Source of the DNA: Auanema rhodensis
Taxonomy: Eukaryota > Animalia > Nematoda
Reading direction: 5' to 3'
Length of the DNA: 64,000 nt
Assembly (NCBI GenBank): GCA_964057225.1
Contig: OZ059897.1
Location: forward strand, 21,576,001-21,640,000
In this document: positions 1-13,164 of the stretch, one piece after another
How the letters are laid out: every line of letters starts with the position of its first letter
Numbering within the stretch: position 1 is the first letter of the stretch
Made by a program: the position numbers and the translations under genes
The notes under the pieces: generated by a model
The model's database searches: none
What the model saw: only the letters and a program-made list of their open reading frames with translations
Told to the model about the DNA's origin: nothing

Positions 1-175
1 AAAATTAGATTCCCCATGTCCATATTAGTCTAAAAACAAATTTTTATTGATATTGGTTCATGGTAACCATGACTTTGAAATTTACGTGAACTTTAATTTA
101 TGCTAATTAAAGTACACGTGATGTGCACTTGGTATGTAACTCGCTTCACGTGAAAGATAAAGAGATGCGGTTTTC
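1..175 (+). repeat. 175-bp monomer variant (1-bp deletion, AAATGTAC>AAAGTAC)
   Basis: T missing after position 111; the next monomer starts at 176. Confidence 0.95.
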
Positions 176-1055
176 AAAATTAGATTCCCCATCTCCATAT
201 TAGTCTAAAAACAAATTTTTATTGATATTGGTTCATGGTAACCATGACTTTGAAATTTACGTGAACTTTAATTTATGCTAATTAAATGTACACGTGATGT
301 GCACTTGGTATGTAACTCGCTTCACGTGAAAGATAAAGAGATGCGGTTTTCAAAATTAGATTCCCCATGTCCATATTAGTCTAAAAACAAATTTTTATTG
401 ATATTGGTTCATGGTAACCATGACTTTGAATATTACGTGAACTTTAATTTATGCTAATTGAATGTACACGTGATGTGCACTTGGTATGTAACTCGCTTCA
501 CGTGAAAGATAAAGAGATGCGGTTTTCAAAATTAGATTCCCCATGTCCATATTAGTCTAAAAACAAATTTTTATTGATATTGGTTCATGGTAACCATGAC
601 TTTGAATATTACGTGAACTTTAATTTATGCTAATTGAATGTACACGCGATGTGCACTTGGTATGTAACTCGCTTCACGTGAAAGATGAAGAGATGCGGTT
701 TTCAAAATTAGATTCCCCATGTCCATATTAGTCTAAAAACAAATTTTTATTGATATTGGTTCATGGTAACCATGACTTTGAAATTTACGTGAACTTTAAT
801 TTATGCTAATTAAATGTACACGTGATGTGCACTTGGTATGTAACTCGCTCCACGTGAAAGATAAAGAGATGCGGTTTTCAAAATTAGATTCCCCATGTCC
901 ATATTAGTCTAAAAACAAATTTTTATTGATATTGGTTCATGGTAACCATGACTTTGAAATTTACGTGAACTTTAATTTATGCTAATTAAATGTACACGTG
1001 ATGTGCACTTGGTATGTAACTCGCTTCACGTGAAAGATAAAGAGATGCGGTTTTT

Positions 1056-1230
1056 AAAATTAGATTCCCCATGTCTATATTAGTCTAAAAACAAATTTTT
1101 ATTGATATTGGTGCATGGTAACCATGACTTTGAAATTTACGTGAACTTTAATTTATGCTAATTAAAGTACACGTGATGTGCACTTGGTATGTAACTCGCT
1201 TCACGTGAAAGATAAAGAGATGCGGTTTTC
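1056..1230 (+). repeat. 175-bp monomer variant (same 1-bp deletion)
   Basis: ATTAAAGTAC at 1161-1170; the next monomer starts at 1231. Confidence 0.95.
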
Positions 1231-2193
1231 AAAATTAGATTCCCCATCTCCATATTAGTCTAAAAACAAATTTTTATTGATATTGGTGCATGGTAACCAT
1301 GACTTTGAAATTTACGTGAACTTTAATTTATGCTAATTAAATGTACACGTGATGTGCACTTGGTATGTAACTCGCTTCACGTGAAAGATAAAGAGATGCG
1401 GTTTTCAAAATTAGATTCCCCATGTCCATATTAGTCTAAAAACAAATTTTTATTGATATTGGTTCATGGTAACCATGACTTTGAATATTACGTGAACTTT
1501 AATTTATGCTAATTGAATGTACACGTGATGTGCACTTGGTATGTAACTCGCTTCACGTGAAAGATAAAGAGATGCGGTTTTCAAAATTAGATTCCCCATG
1601 TCCATATTAGTCTAAAAACAAATTTTTATTGATATTGGTTCATGGTAACCATGACTTTGAATATTACGTGAACTTTAATTTATGCTAATTGAATGTACAC
1701 GCGATGTGCACTTGGTATGTAACTCGCTTCACGTGAAAGATAAAGAGATGCGGTTTTCAAAATTAGATTCCCCATGTCCATATTAGTCTAAAAACAAATT
1801 TTTATTGATATTGGTTCATGGTAACCATGACTTTGAAATTTACGTGAACTTTAATTTATGCTAATTAAATGTACACGTGATGTGCACTTGGTATGTAACT
1901 CGCTTCACGTGAAAGATAAAGAGATGCGGTTTTCAAAATTAGATTCCCCATGTCCATATTAGTCTAAAAACAAATTTTTATTGATATTGGTGCATGGTAA
2001 CCATGACTTTGAAATTTACGTGAACTTTAATTTATGCTAATTAAATGTACACGTGATGTGCACTTGGTATGTAACTCGCTTCACGTAAAAGATGAAGAGA
2101 TGCGGTTTTCAAAATTAGATTCCCCATGTCCATATTAGTCTAAAAACAAATTTTTATTGATATTGGTGCATGGTAACCATGACTTTGAAATTT

Positions 2194-2265
2194 ACGTGAA
2201 CTTTAATTTATGCTAATTAAATGTACACGTGATGTGCACTTGGTATGTAACTTGCTTCACGTGAA
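2194..2265. promoter_or_regulatory. Per-monomer cluster of E-box/G-box-like motifs (TACGTG, CACGTG, TTCACGTGAA); representative copy in the monomer starting at 2111, function unproven
   Basis: ACGTGA at monomer positions 84, 117 and 149. CACGTG is the canonical bHLH/bHLH-ZIP E-box. This is a motif match only. Confidence 0.3.
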
Positions 2266-4046
2266 AGATCAAGAGATGCGGTTTTCAAAATTAGATTCCC
2301 CATGTCCATATTAGTCTAAAAACAAATTTTTATTGATATTGGTGCATGGTAACCATGACTTTGAAATTTACGTGAACTTTAATTTATGCTAATTAAATGT
2401 ACACGTGATGTGCACTTGGTATGTAACTCGCTTCACGTAAAAGATAAAGAGATTCGGTTCTCAAAATTAGATTCCCCATGTCCATATTAGTCTAAAAACA
2501 AATTTTTATTGATATTGGTGCATGGTAACCATGACTTTGAAATTTACGTGAACTTTAATTTATGCTAATTAAATGTACACGTGATGTGCACTTGGTATGT
2601 AACTCGCTTCACGTAAAAAATAAAGAGATGCGGTTTTCAAAATTAGATTCCCCATGTCCATATTAGTCTAAAAACAAATTTTTATTGATATTGGTGCATG
2701 GTAACCATGACTTTGAAATTTACGTGAACTTTAATTTGTGCTAATTAAATGTACACGTGATGTGCACTTGGTATGTAACTCGCTTCACGTGAAAGATAAA
2801 GAGATGCGGTTTTCAAAATTAGATTCCCCATGTCCATATTAGTCTAAAAACAAATTTTTATTGATATTGGTGCATGGTAACCATGACTTTGAAATTTACG
2901 TGAACTTTAATTTATGCTAATTAAATGTACACGTGATGTGCACTTGGTATGTAACTCGCTTCACGTAAAAAATAAAGAGATGCGGTTTTCAAAATTAGAT
3001 TCCCCATGTCCATATTAGTTTAAAAACAAATTTTTATTGATATTGGTTCATGGTAACCATGACTTTGAAATTTACGTGAACTTTAATTTATGCTAATTAA
3101 ATGTACACGTGATGTGCACTTGGTATGTAACTCGCTTCACGTGAAAGATAAAGAGATGCGGTTTTTAAAATTAGATTCCCCATGTCCATATTAGTCTAAA
3201 AACAAATTTTTATTGATATTGGTGCATGGTAACCATGACTTTGAAATTTACGTGAACTTTAATTTATGCTAATTAAATGTACACGTGATGTGCACTTGGT
3301 ATGTAACTCGCTTCACGTAAAAGATGAAGAGATGCGGTTTTCAAAATTAGATTCCCCATGTCCATATTAGTCTAAAAACAAATTTTTATTGATATTGGTG
3401 CATGGTAACCATGACTTTGAAATTTACGTGAACTTTAATTTATGCTAATTAAATGTACACGTGATGTGCACTTGGTATGTAACTCGCTTCACGTGAAAGA
3501 TAAAGAGATGCGGTTTTCAAAATTAGATTCCCCATGTCCATATTAGTCTAAAAACAAATTTTTATTGATATTGGTGCATGGTAACCATGACTTTGAAATT
3601 TACGTGAACTTTAATTTATGCTAATTAAATGTACACGTGATGTGCACTTGGTATGTAACTCGCTTCACGTGAAAGATGAAGAGATGCGGTTTTCAAAATT
3701 AGATTCCCCATGTCCATATTAGTCTAAAAACAAATTTTTATTGATATTGGTTCATGGTAACCATGACTTTGAAATTTACGTGAACTTTAATTTATGCTAA
3801 TTAAATGTACACGTGATGTGCACTTGGTATGTAACTCGCTCCACGTGAAAGATAAAGAGATGCGGTTTTCAAAATTAGATTCCCCATGTCCATATTAGTC
3901 TAAAAACAAATTTTTATTGATATTGGTTCATGGTAACCATGACTTTGAAATTTACGTGAACTTTAATTTATGCTAATTAAATGTACACGTGATGTGCACT
4001 TGGTATGTAACTCGCTTCACGTGAAAGATAAAGAGATGCGGTTTTT

Positions 4047-4221
4047 AAAATTAGATTCCCCATGTCCATATTAGTCTAAAAACAAATTTTTATTGATATT
4101 GGTGCATGGTAACCATGACTTTGAAATTTACGTGAACTTTAATTTATGCTAATTAAAGTACACGTGATGTGCACTTGGTATGTAACTCGCTTCACGTGAA
4201 AGATAAAGAGATGCGGTTTTC
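4047..4221 (+). repeat. 175-bp monomer variant (same 1-bp deletion)
   Basis: AATTAAAGTA at 4151-4160; the next monomer starts at 4222. Confidence 0.95.
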
Positions 4222-5453
4222 AAAATTAGATTCCCCATCTCCATATTAGTCTAAAAACAAATTTTTATTGATATTGGTGCATGGTAACCATGACTTTGAA
4301 ATTTACGTGAACTTTAATTTATGCTAATTAAATGTACACGTGATGTGCACTTGGTATGTAACTCGCTTCACGTGAAAGATAAAGAGATGCGGTTTTCAAA
4401 ATTAGATTCCCCATGTCCATATTAGTCTAAAAACAAATTTTTATTGATATTGGTTCATGGTAACCATGACTTTGAATATTACGTGAACTTTAATTTATGC
4501 TAATTGAATGTACACGTGATGTGCACTTGGTATGTAACTCGCTTCACGTGAAAGATAAAGAGATGCGGTTTTCAAAATTAGATTCCCCATGTCCATATTA
4601 GTCTAAAAACAAATTTTTATTGATATTGGTTCATGGTAACCATGACTTTGAATATTACGTGAACTTTAATTTATGCTAATTGAATGTACACGCGATGTGC
4701 ACTTGGTATGTAACTCGCTTCACGTGAAAGATAAAGAGATGCGGTTTTCAAAATTAGATTCCCCATGTCCATATTAGTCTAAAAACAAATTTTTATTGAT
4801 ATTGGTTCATGGTAACCATGACTTTGAAATTTACGTGAACTTTAATTTATGCTAATTAAATGTACACGTGATGTGCACTTGGTATGTAACTCGCTTCACG
4901 TGAAAGATAAAGAGATGCGGTTTTCAAAATTAGATTCCCCATGTCCATATTAGTCTAAAAACAAATTTTTATTGATATTGGTGCATGGTAACCATGACTT
5001 TGAAATTTACGTGAACTTTAATTTATGCTAATTAAATGTACACGTGATGTGCACTTGGTATGTAACTCGCTTCACGTAAAAGATGAAGAGATGCGGTTTT
5101 CAAAATTAGATTCCCCATGTCCATATTAGTCTAAAAACAAATTTTTATTGATATTGGTTCATGGTAACCATGACTTTGAATATTACGTGAACTTTAATTT
5201 ATGCTAATTAAATGTACACGTGATGTGCACTTGGTATGTAACTCGCTCCACGTGAAAGATAAAGAGATGCGGTTTTCAAAATTAGATTCCCCATGTCCAT
5301 ATTAGTCTAAAAACAAATTTTTATTGATATTGGTTCATGGTAACCATGACTTTGAAATTTACGTGAACTTTAATTTATGCTAATTAAATGTACACGTGAT
5401 GTGCACTTGGTATGTAACTCGCTTCACGTGAAAGATAAAGAGATGCGGTTTTT

Positions 5454-5628
5454 AAAATTAGATTCCCCATGTCCATATTAGTCTAAAAACAAATTTTTAT
5501 TGATATTGGTGCATGGTAACCATGACTTTGAAATTTACGTGAACTTTAATTTATGCTAATTAAAGTACACGTGATGTGCACTTGGTATGTAACTCGCTTC
5601 ACGTGAAAGATAAAGAGATGCGGTTTTC
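5454..5628 (+). repeat. 175-bp monomer variant (same 1-bp deletion)
   Basis: TAAAGTACAC at 5561-5570; the next monomer starts at 5629. Confidence 0.95.
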
Positions 5629-8600
5629 AAAATTAGATTCCCCATCTCCATATTAGTCTAAAAACAAATTTTTATTGATATTGGTGCATGGTAACCATGA
5701 CTTTGAAATTTACGTGAACTTTAATTTATGCTAATTAAATGTACACGTGATGTGCACTTGGTATGTAACTCGCTTCACGTGAAAGATAAAGAGATGCGGT
5801 TTTCAAAATTAGATTCCCCATGTCCATATTAGTCTAAAAACAAATTTTTATTGATATTGGTTCATGGTAACCATGACTTTGAATATTACGTGAACTTTAA
5901 TTTATGCTAATTGAATGTACACGTGATGTGCACTTGGTATGTAACTCGCTTCACGTGAAAGATAAAGAGATGCGGTTTTCAAAATTAGATTCCCCATGTC
6001 CATATTAGTCTAAAAACAAATTTTTATTGATATTGGTTCATGGTAACCATGACTTTGAATATTACGTGAACTTTAATTTATGCTAATTGAATGTACACGC
6101 GATGTGCACTTGGTATGTAACTCGCTTCACGTGAAAGATAAAGAGATGCGGTTTTCAAAATTAGATTCCCCATGTCCATATTAGTCTAAAAACAAATTTT
6201 TATTGATATTGGTTCATGGTAACCATGACTTTGAAATTTACGTGAACTTTAATTTATGCTAATTAAATGTACACGTGATGTGCACTTGGTATGTAACTCG
6301 CTTCACGTGAAAGATAAAGAGATGCGGTTTTCAAAATTAGATTCCCCATGTCCATATTAGTCTAAAAACAAATTTTTATTGATATTGGTGCATGGTAACC
6401 ATGACTTTGAAATTTACGTGAACTTTAATTTATGCTAATTAAATGTACACGTGATGTGCACTTGGTATGTAACTCGCTTCACGTAAAAGATGAAGAGATG
6501 CGGTTTTCAAAATTAGATTCCCCATGTCCATATTAGTCTAAAAACAAATTTTTATTGATATTGGTTCATGGTAACCATGACTTTGAATATTACGTGAACT
6601 TTAATTTATGCTAATTGAATGTACACGCGATGTGCACTTGGTATGTAACTCGCTTCACGTGAAAGATAAAGAGATGCGGTTTTCAAAATTAGATTCCCCA
6701 TGTCCATATTAGTCTAAAAACAAATTTTTATTGATATTGGTTCATGGTAACCATGACTTTGAAATTTACGTGAACTTTAATTTATGCTAATTAAATGTAC
6801 ACGTGATGTGCACTTGGTATGTAACTCGCTTCACGTGAAAGATAAAGAGATGCGGTTTTCAAAATTAGATTCCCCATGTCCATATTAGTCTAAAAACAAA
6901 TTTTTATTGATATTGGTGCATGGTAACCATGACTTTGAAATTTACGTGAACTTTAATTTATGCTAATTAAATGTACACGTGATGTGCACTTGGTATGTAA
7001 CTCGCTTCACGTAAAAGATGAAGAGATGCGGTTTTCAAAATTAGATTCCCCATGTCCATATTAGTCTAAAAACAAATTTTTATTGATATTGGTGCATGGT
7101 AACCATGACTTTGAAATTTACGTGAACTTTAATTTATGCTAATTAAATGTACACGTGATGTGCACTTGGTATGTAACTTGCTTCACGTGAAAGATCAAGA
7201 GATGCGGTTTTCAAAATTAGATTCCCCATGTCCATATTAGTCTAAAAACAAATTTTTATTGATATTGGTGCATGGTAACCATGACTTTGAAATTTACGTG
7301 AACTTTAATTTATGCTAATTAAATGTACACGTGATGTGCACTTGGTATGTAACTCGCTTCACGTAAAAGATAAAGAGATTCGGTTCTCAAAATTAGATTC
7401 CCCATGTCCATATTAGTCTAAAAACAAATTTTTATTGATATTGGTGCATGGTAACCATGACTTTGAAATTTACGTGAACTTTAATTTATGCTAATTAAAT
7501 GTACACGTGATGTGCACTTGGTATGTAACTCGCTTCACGTAAAAAATAAAGAGATGCGGTTTTCAAAATTAGATTCCCCATGTCCATATTAGTCTAAAAA
7601 CAAATTTTTATTGATATTGGTTCATGGTAACCATGACTTTGAAATTTACGTGAACTTTAATTTATGCTAATTAAATGTACACGTGATGTGCACTTGGTAT
7701 GTAACTCGCTTCACGTGAAAGATAAAGAGATTCGGTTTTCAAAATTAGATTCCCCATGTCCATATTAGTCTAAAAACAAATTTTTATTGATATTGGTGCA
7801 TGGTAACCATGACTTTGAAATTTACGTGAACTTTAATTTATGCTAATTAAATGTACACGTGATGTGCACTTGGTATGTAACTCGCTTCACGTAAAAAATA
7901 AAGAGATGCGGTTTTCAAAATTAGATTCCCCATGTCCATATTAGTTTAAAAACAAATTTTTATTGATATTGGTTCATGGTAACCATGACTTTGAAATTTA
8001 CGTGAACTTTAATTTATGCTAATTAAATGTACACGTGATGTGCACTTGGTATGTAACTCGCTTCACGTGAAAGATAAAGAGATGCGGTTTTTAAAATTAG
8101 ATTCCCCATGTCCATATTAGTCTAAAAACAAATTTTTATTGATATTGGTGCATGGTAACCATGACTTTGAAATTTACGTGAACTTTAATTTATGCTAATT
8201 AAATGTACACGTGATGTGCACTTGGTATGTAACTCGCTTCACGTAAAAGATGAAGAGATGCGGTTTTCAAAATTAGATTCCCCATGTCCATATTAGTCTA
8301 AAAACAAATTTTTATTGATATTGGTGCATGGTAACCATGACTTTGAAATTTACGTGAACTTTAATTTATGCTAATTAAATGTACACGTGATGTGCACTTG
8401 GTATGTAACTCGCTTCACGTGAAAGATAAAGAGATGCGGTTTTCAAAATTAGATTCCCCATGTCCATATTAGTCTAAAAACAAATTTTTATTGATATTGG
8501 TGCATGGTAACCATGACTTTGAAATTTACGTGAACTTTAATTTATGCTAATTAAATGTACACGTGATGTGCACTTGGTATGTAACTCGCTTCACGTGAAA

Positions 8601-11600
8601 GATAAAGAGATGCGGTTTTCAAAATTAGATTCCCCATGTCCATATTAGTCTAAAAACAAATTTTTATTGATATTGGTTCATGGTAACCATGACTTTGAAT
8701 ATTACGTGAACTTTAATTTATGCTAATTGAATGTACACGTGATGTGCACTTGGTATGTAACTCGCTTCACGTGAAAGATAAAGAGATGCGGTTTTCAAAA
8801 TTAGATTCCCCATGTCCATATTAGTCTAAAAACAAATTTTTATTGATATTGGTTCATGGTAACCATGACTTTGAAATTTACGTGAACTTTAATTTATGCT
8901 AATTAAATGTACACGTGATGTGCACTTGGTATGTAACTCGCTTCACGTGAAAGATCAAGAGATGCGGTTTCCAAAATTAGATTCCCCATGTCCATATTAG
9001 TCTAAAAACAAATTTTTATTGATATTGGTGCATGGTAACCATGACTTTGAAATTTACGTGAACTTTAATTTATGCTAATTAAATGTACACGTGATGTGCA
9101 CTTGGTATGTAACTCGCTTCACGTGAAAGATAAAGAGATTTGGTTTTCAAAATTAGATTCCCCATGTCCATATTAGTCTAAAAACAAATTTTTATTGATA
9201 TTGGTGCATGGTAACCATGACTTTGAAATTTACGTGAACTTTAATTTATGCTAATTAAATGTACACGTGATGTGCACTTGGTATGTAACTCGCTTCACGT
9301 AAAAAATAAAGAGATGCGGTTTTCAAAATTAGATTCCCCATGTCCATATTAGTCTAAAAACAAATTTTTATTGATATTGGTTCATGGTAACCATGACTTT
9401 GAAATTTACGTGAACTTTAATTTATGCTAATTAAATGTACACGTGATGTGCACTTGGTATGTAACTCGCTTCACGTGAAAGATAAAGAGATTCGGTTTTC
9501 GAAATTAGATTCCCCATGTCCATATTAGTCTAAAAACAAATTTTTATTGATATTGGTTCATGGTAACCATGACTTTGAATATTACGTGAACTTTAATTTA
9601 TGCTAATTGAATGTACACGTGATGTGCACTTGGTATGTAACTCGCTTCACGTGAAAGATGAAGAGATGCGGTTTTTAAAATTAGATTCCCCATGTCCATA
9701 TTAGTCTAAAAACAAATTTTTATTGATATTGGTTCATGGTAACCATGACTTTGAAATTTACGTGAACTTTAATTTATGCTAATTAAATGTACACGTGATG
9801 TGCACTTGGTATGTAACTCGCTTCACGTGAAAGATAAAGAGATGCGGTTTTCAAAATTAGATTCCCCATGTCCATATTAGTCTAAAAACAAATTTTTATT
9901 GATATTGGTTCATGGTAACCATGACTTTGAAATTTACGTGAACTTTAATTTATGCTAATTAAATGTACACGTGATGTGCACTTGGTATGTAACTCGCTTC
10001 ACGTGAAAGATAAAGAGATGCGGTTTTCAAAATTAGATTCCCCATGTCCATATTAGTCTAAAAACAAATTTTTATTGATATTGGTGCATGGTAACCATGA
10101 CTTTGAAATTTACGTGAACTTTAATTTATGCTAATTAAATGTACACGTGATGTGCACTTGGTATGTAACTCGCTTCACGTAAAAGATGAAGAGATGCGGT
10201 TTTCAAAATTAGATTCCCCATGTCCATATTAGTCTAAAAACAAATTTTTATTGATATTGGTGCATGGTAACCATGACTTTGAAATTTACGTGAACTTTAA
10301 TTTATGCTAATTAAATGTACACGTGATGTGCACTTGGTATGTAACTCGCTTCACGTGAAAGATCAAGAGATGCGGTTTTCAAAATTAGATTCCCCATGTC
10401 CATATTAGTCTAAAAACAAATTTTTATTGATATTGGTGCATGGTAACCATGACTTTGAAATTTACGTGAACTTTAATTTATGCTAATTAAATGTACACGT
10501 GATGTGCACTTGGTATGTAACTCGCTTCACGTGAAAGATAAAGAGATTCGGTTTTCAAAATTAGATTCCCCATGTCCATATTAGTCTAAAAACAAATTTT
10601 TATTGATATTGGTGCATGGTAACCATGACTTTGAAATTTACGTGAACTTTAATTTATGCTAATTAAATGTACACGTGATGTGCACTTGGTATGTAACTCG
10701 CTTCACGTAAAAAATAAAGAGATGCGGTTTTCAAAATTAGATTCCCCATGTCCATATTAGTCTAAAAACAAATTTTTATTGATATTGGTTCATGGTAACC
10801 ATGACTTTGAAATTTACGTGAACTTTAATTTATGCTAATTAAATGTACACGTGATGTGCACTTGGTATGTAACTCGCTTCACGTGAAAGATAAAGAGATT
10901 CGGTTTTCAAAATTAGATTCCCCATGTCCATATTAGTCTAAAAACAAATTTTTATTGATATTGGTTCATGGTAACCATGACTTTGAATATTACGTGAACT
11001 TTAATTTATGCTAATTGAATGTACACGTGATGTGCACTTGGTATGTAACTCGCTTCACGTGAAAGATAAAGAGATGCGGTTTTCAAAATTAGATTCCCCA
11101 TGTCCATATTAGTCTAAAAACAAATTTTTATTGATATTGGTTCATGGTAACCATGACTTTGAAATTTACGTGAACTTTAATTTATGCTAATTAAATGTAC
11201 ACGTGATGTGCACTTGGTATGTAACTCGCTTCACGTGAAAGATAAAGAGATGCGGTTTTCAAAATTAGATTCCCCATGTCCATATTAGTCTAAAAACAAA
11301 TTTTTATTGATATTGGTGCATGGTAACCATGACTTTGAAATTTACGTGAACTTTAATTTATGCTAATTAAATGTACACGTGATGTGCACTTGGTATGTAA
11401 CTCGCTTCACGTGAAAGATGAAGAGATGCGGTTTTCAAAATTAGATTCCCCATGTCCATATTAGTCTAAAAACAAATTTTTATTGATATTGGTGCATGGT
11501 AACCATGACTTTGAAATTTACGTGAACTTTAATTTATGCTAATTAAATGTACACGTGATGTGCACTTGGTATGTAACTTGCTTCACGTGAAAGATCAAGA

Positions 11601-13020
11601 GATGCGGTTTTCAAAATTAGATTCCCCATGTCCATATTAGTCTAAAAACAAATTTTTATTGATATTGGTGCATGGTAACCATGACTTTGAAATTTACGTG
11701 AACTTTAATTTATGCTAATTAAATGTACACGTGATGTGCACTTGGTATGTAACTCGCTTCACGTGAAAGATAAAGAGATTCGGTTTTCAAAATTAGATTC
11801 CCCATGTCCATATTAGTCTAAAAACAAATTTTTATTGATATTGGTGCATGGTAACCATGACTTTGAAATTTACGTGAACTTTAATTTATGCTAATTAAAT
11901 GTACACGTGATGTGCACTTGGTATGTAACTCGCTTCACGTAAAAAATAAAGAGATGCGGTTTTCAAAATTAGATTCCCCATGTCCATATTAGTCTAAAAA
12001 CAAATTTTTATTGATATTGGTGCATGGTAACCATGACTTTGAAATTTACGTGAACTTTAATTTATGCTAATTAAATGTACACGTGATGTGCACTTGGTAT
12101 GTAACTCGCTTCACGTGAAAAATAAAGAGATGCGGTTTTCAAAATTAGATTCCCCATGTCCATATTAGTCTAAAAACAAATTTTTATTGATATTGGTTCA
12201 TGGTAACCATGACTTTGAAATTTACGTGAACTTTAATTTATGCTAATTAAATGTACACGTGATGTGCACTTGGTATGTAACTCGCTTCACGTGAAAGATA
12301 AAGAGATTCGGTTTTCAAAATTAGATTCCCCATGTCCATATTAGTCTAAAAACAAATTTTTATTGATATTGGTTCATGGTAACCATGACTTTGAAATTTA
12401 CGTGAACTTTAATTTATGCTAATTAAATGTACACGTGATGTGCACTTGGTATGTAACTCGCTTCACGTGAAAGATAAAGAGATGCGGTTTTCAAAATTAG
12501 ATTCCCCATGTCCATATTAGTTTAAAAACAAATTTTTATTGATATTGGTTCATGGTAACCATGACTTTGAAATTTACGTGAACTTTAATTTATGCTAATT
12601 AAATGTACACGTGATGTGCACTTGGTATGTAACTCGCTTCACGTGAAAGATAAAGAGATGCGGTTTTTAAAATTAGATTCCCCATGTCCATATTAGTCTA
12701 AAAACAAATTTTTATTGATATTGGTGCATGGTAACCATGACTTTGAAATTTACGTGAACTTTAATTTATGCTAATTAAATGTACACGTGATGTGCACTTG
12801 GTATGTAACTCGCTTCACGTAAAAGATGAAGAGATGCGGTTTTCAAAATTAGATTCCCCATGTCCATATTAGTCTAAAAACAAATTTTTATTGATATTGG
12901 TGCATGGTAACCATGACTTTGAAATTTACGTGAACTTTAATTTATGCTAATTAAATGTACACGTGATGTGCACTTGGTATGTAACTCGCTTCACGTGAAA
13001 GATAAAGAGATGCGGTTTTC

Positions 13021-13164
13021 AAAATTAGATTCCCCATGTCCATATCAGTTTAAAAACAAATTTTTATTGATATTGGTTCATGGTAACCATGACTTTGAAA
13101 TTTACGTGAACTTTAATTTATGCTAATTAAATGTACACGTGAAAGATAAAGAGATGCGGTTTTC
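13021..13164 (+). repeat. 144-bp truncated monomer (32-bp deletion between two CACGTGA direct repeats)
   Basis: Reads ATGTACACGT|GAAAGATAAA at 13131-13150 instead of ...CACGTGATGTGCACTTGGTATGTAACTCGCTTCACGTGAAAG...; the next monomer starts at 13165. Confidence 0.97.

Noticed and set aside
2256-2286. CENP-B box in TTCACGTGAAAGATAAAGAGATGCGG
   Set aside because: It does not match the essential TTCG-NNNN-A-NN-CGGG pattern or spacing.
2111-2286. Strong 10-bp phased A-tract curvature
   Set aside because: A/T tracts are present but irregularly spaced by eye; the claim needs a curvature calculation.
12944-13126. 60-aa ORF MLIKCTRDVH...FNLC
   Set aside because: It is a translation of the satellite. 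The same frame normally stops after 34 codons at TAG, and a single T>C at 13046 (TAG>CAG) in this one monomer opens it. The 176-bp unit is not a multiple of 3, and the peptide has no recognisable domain.
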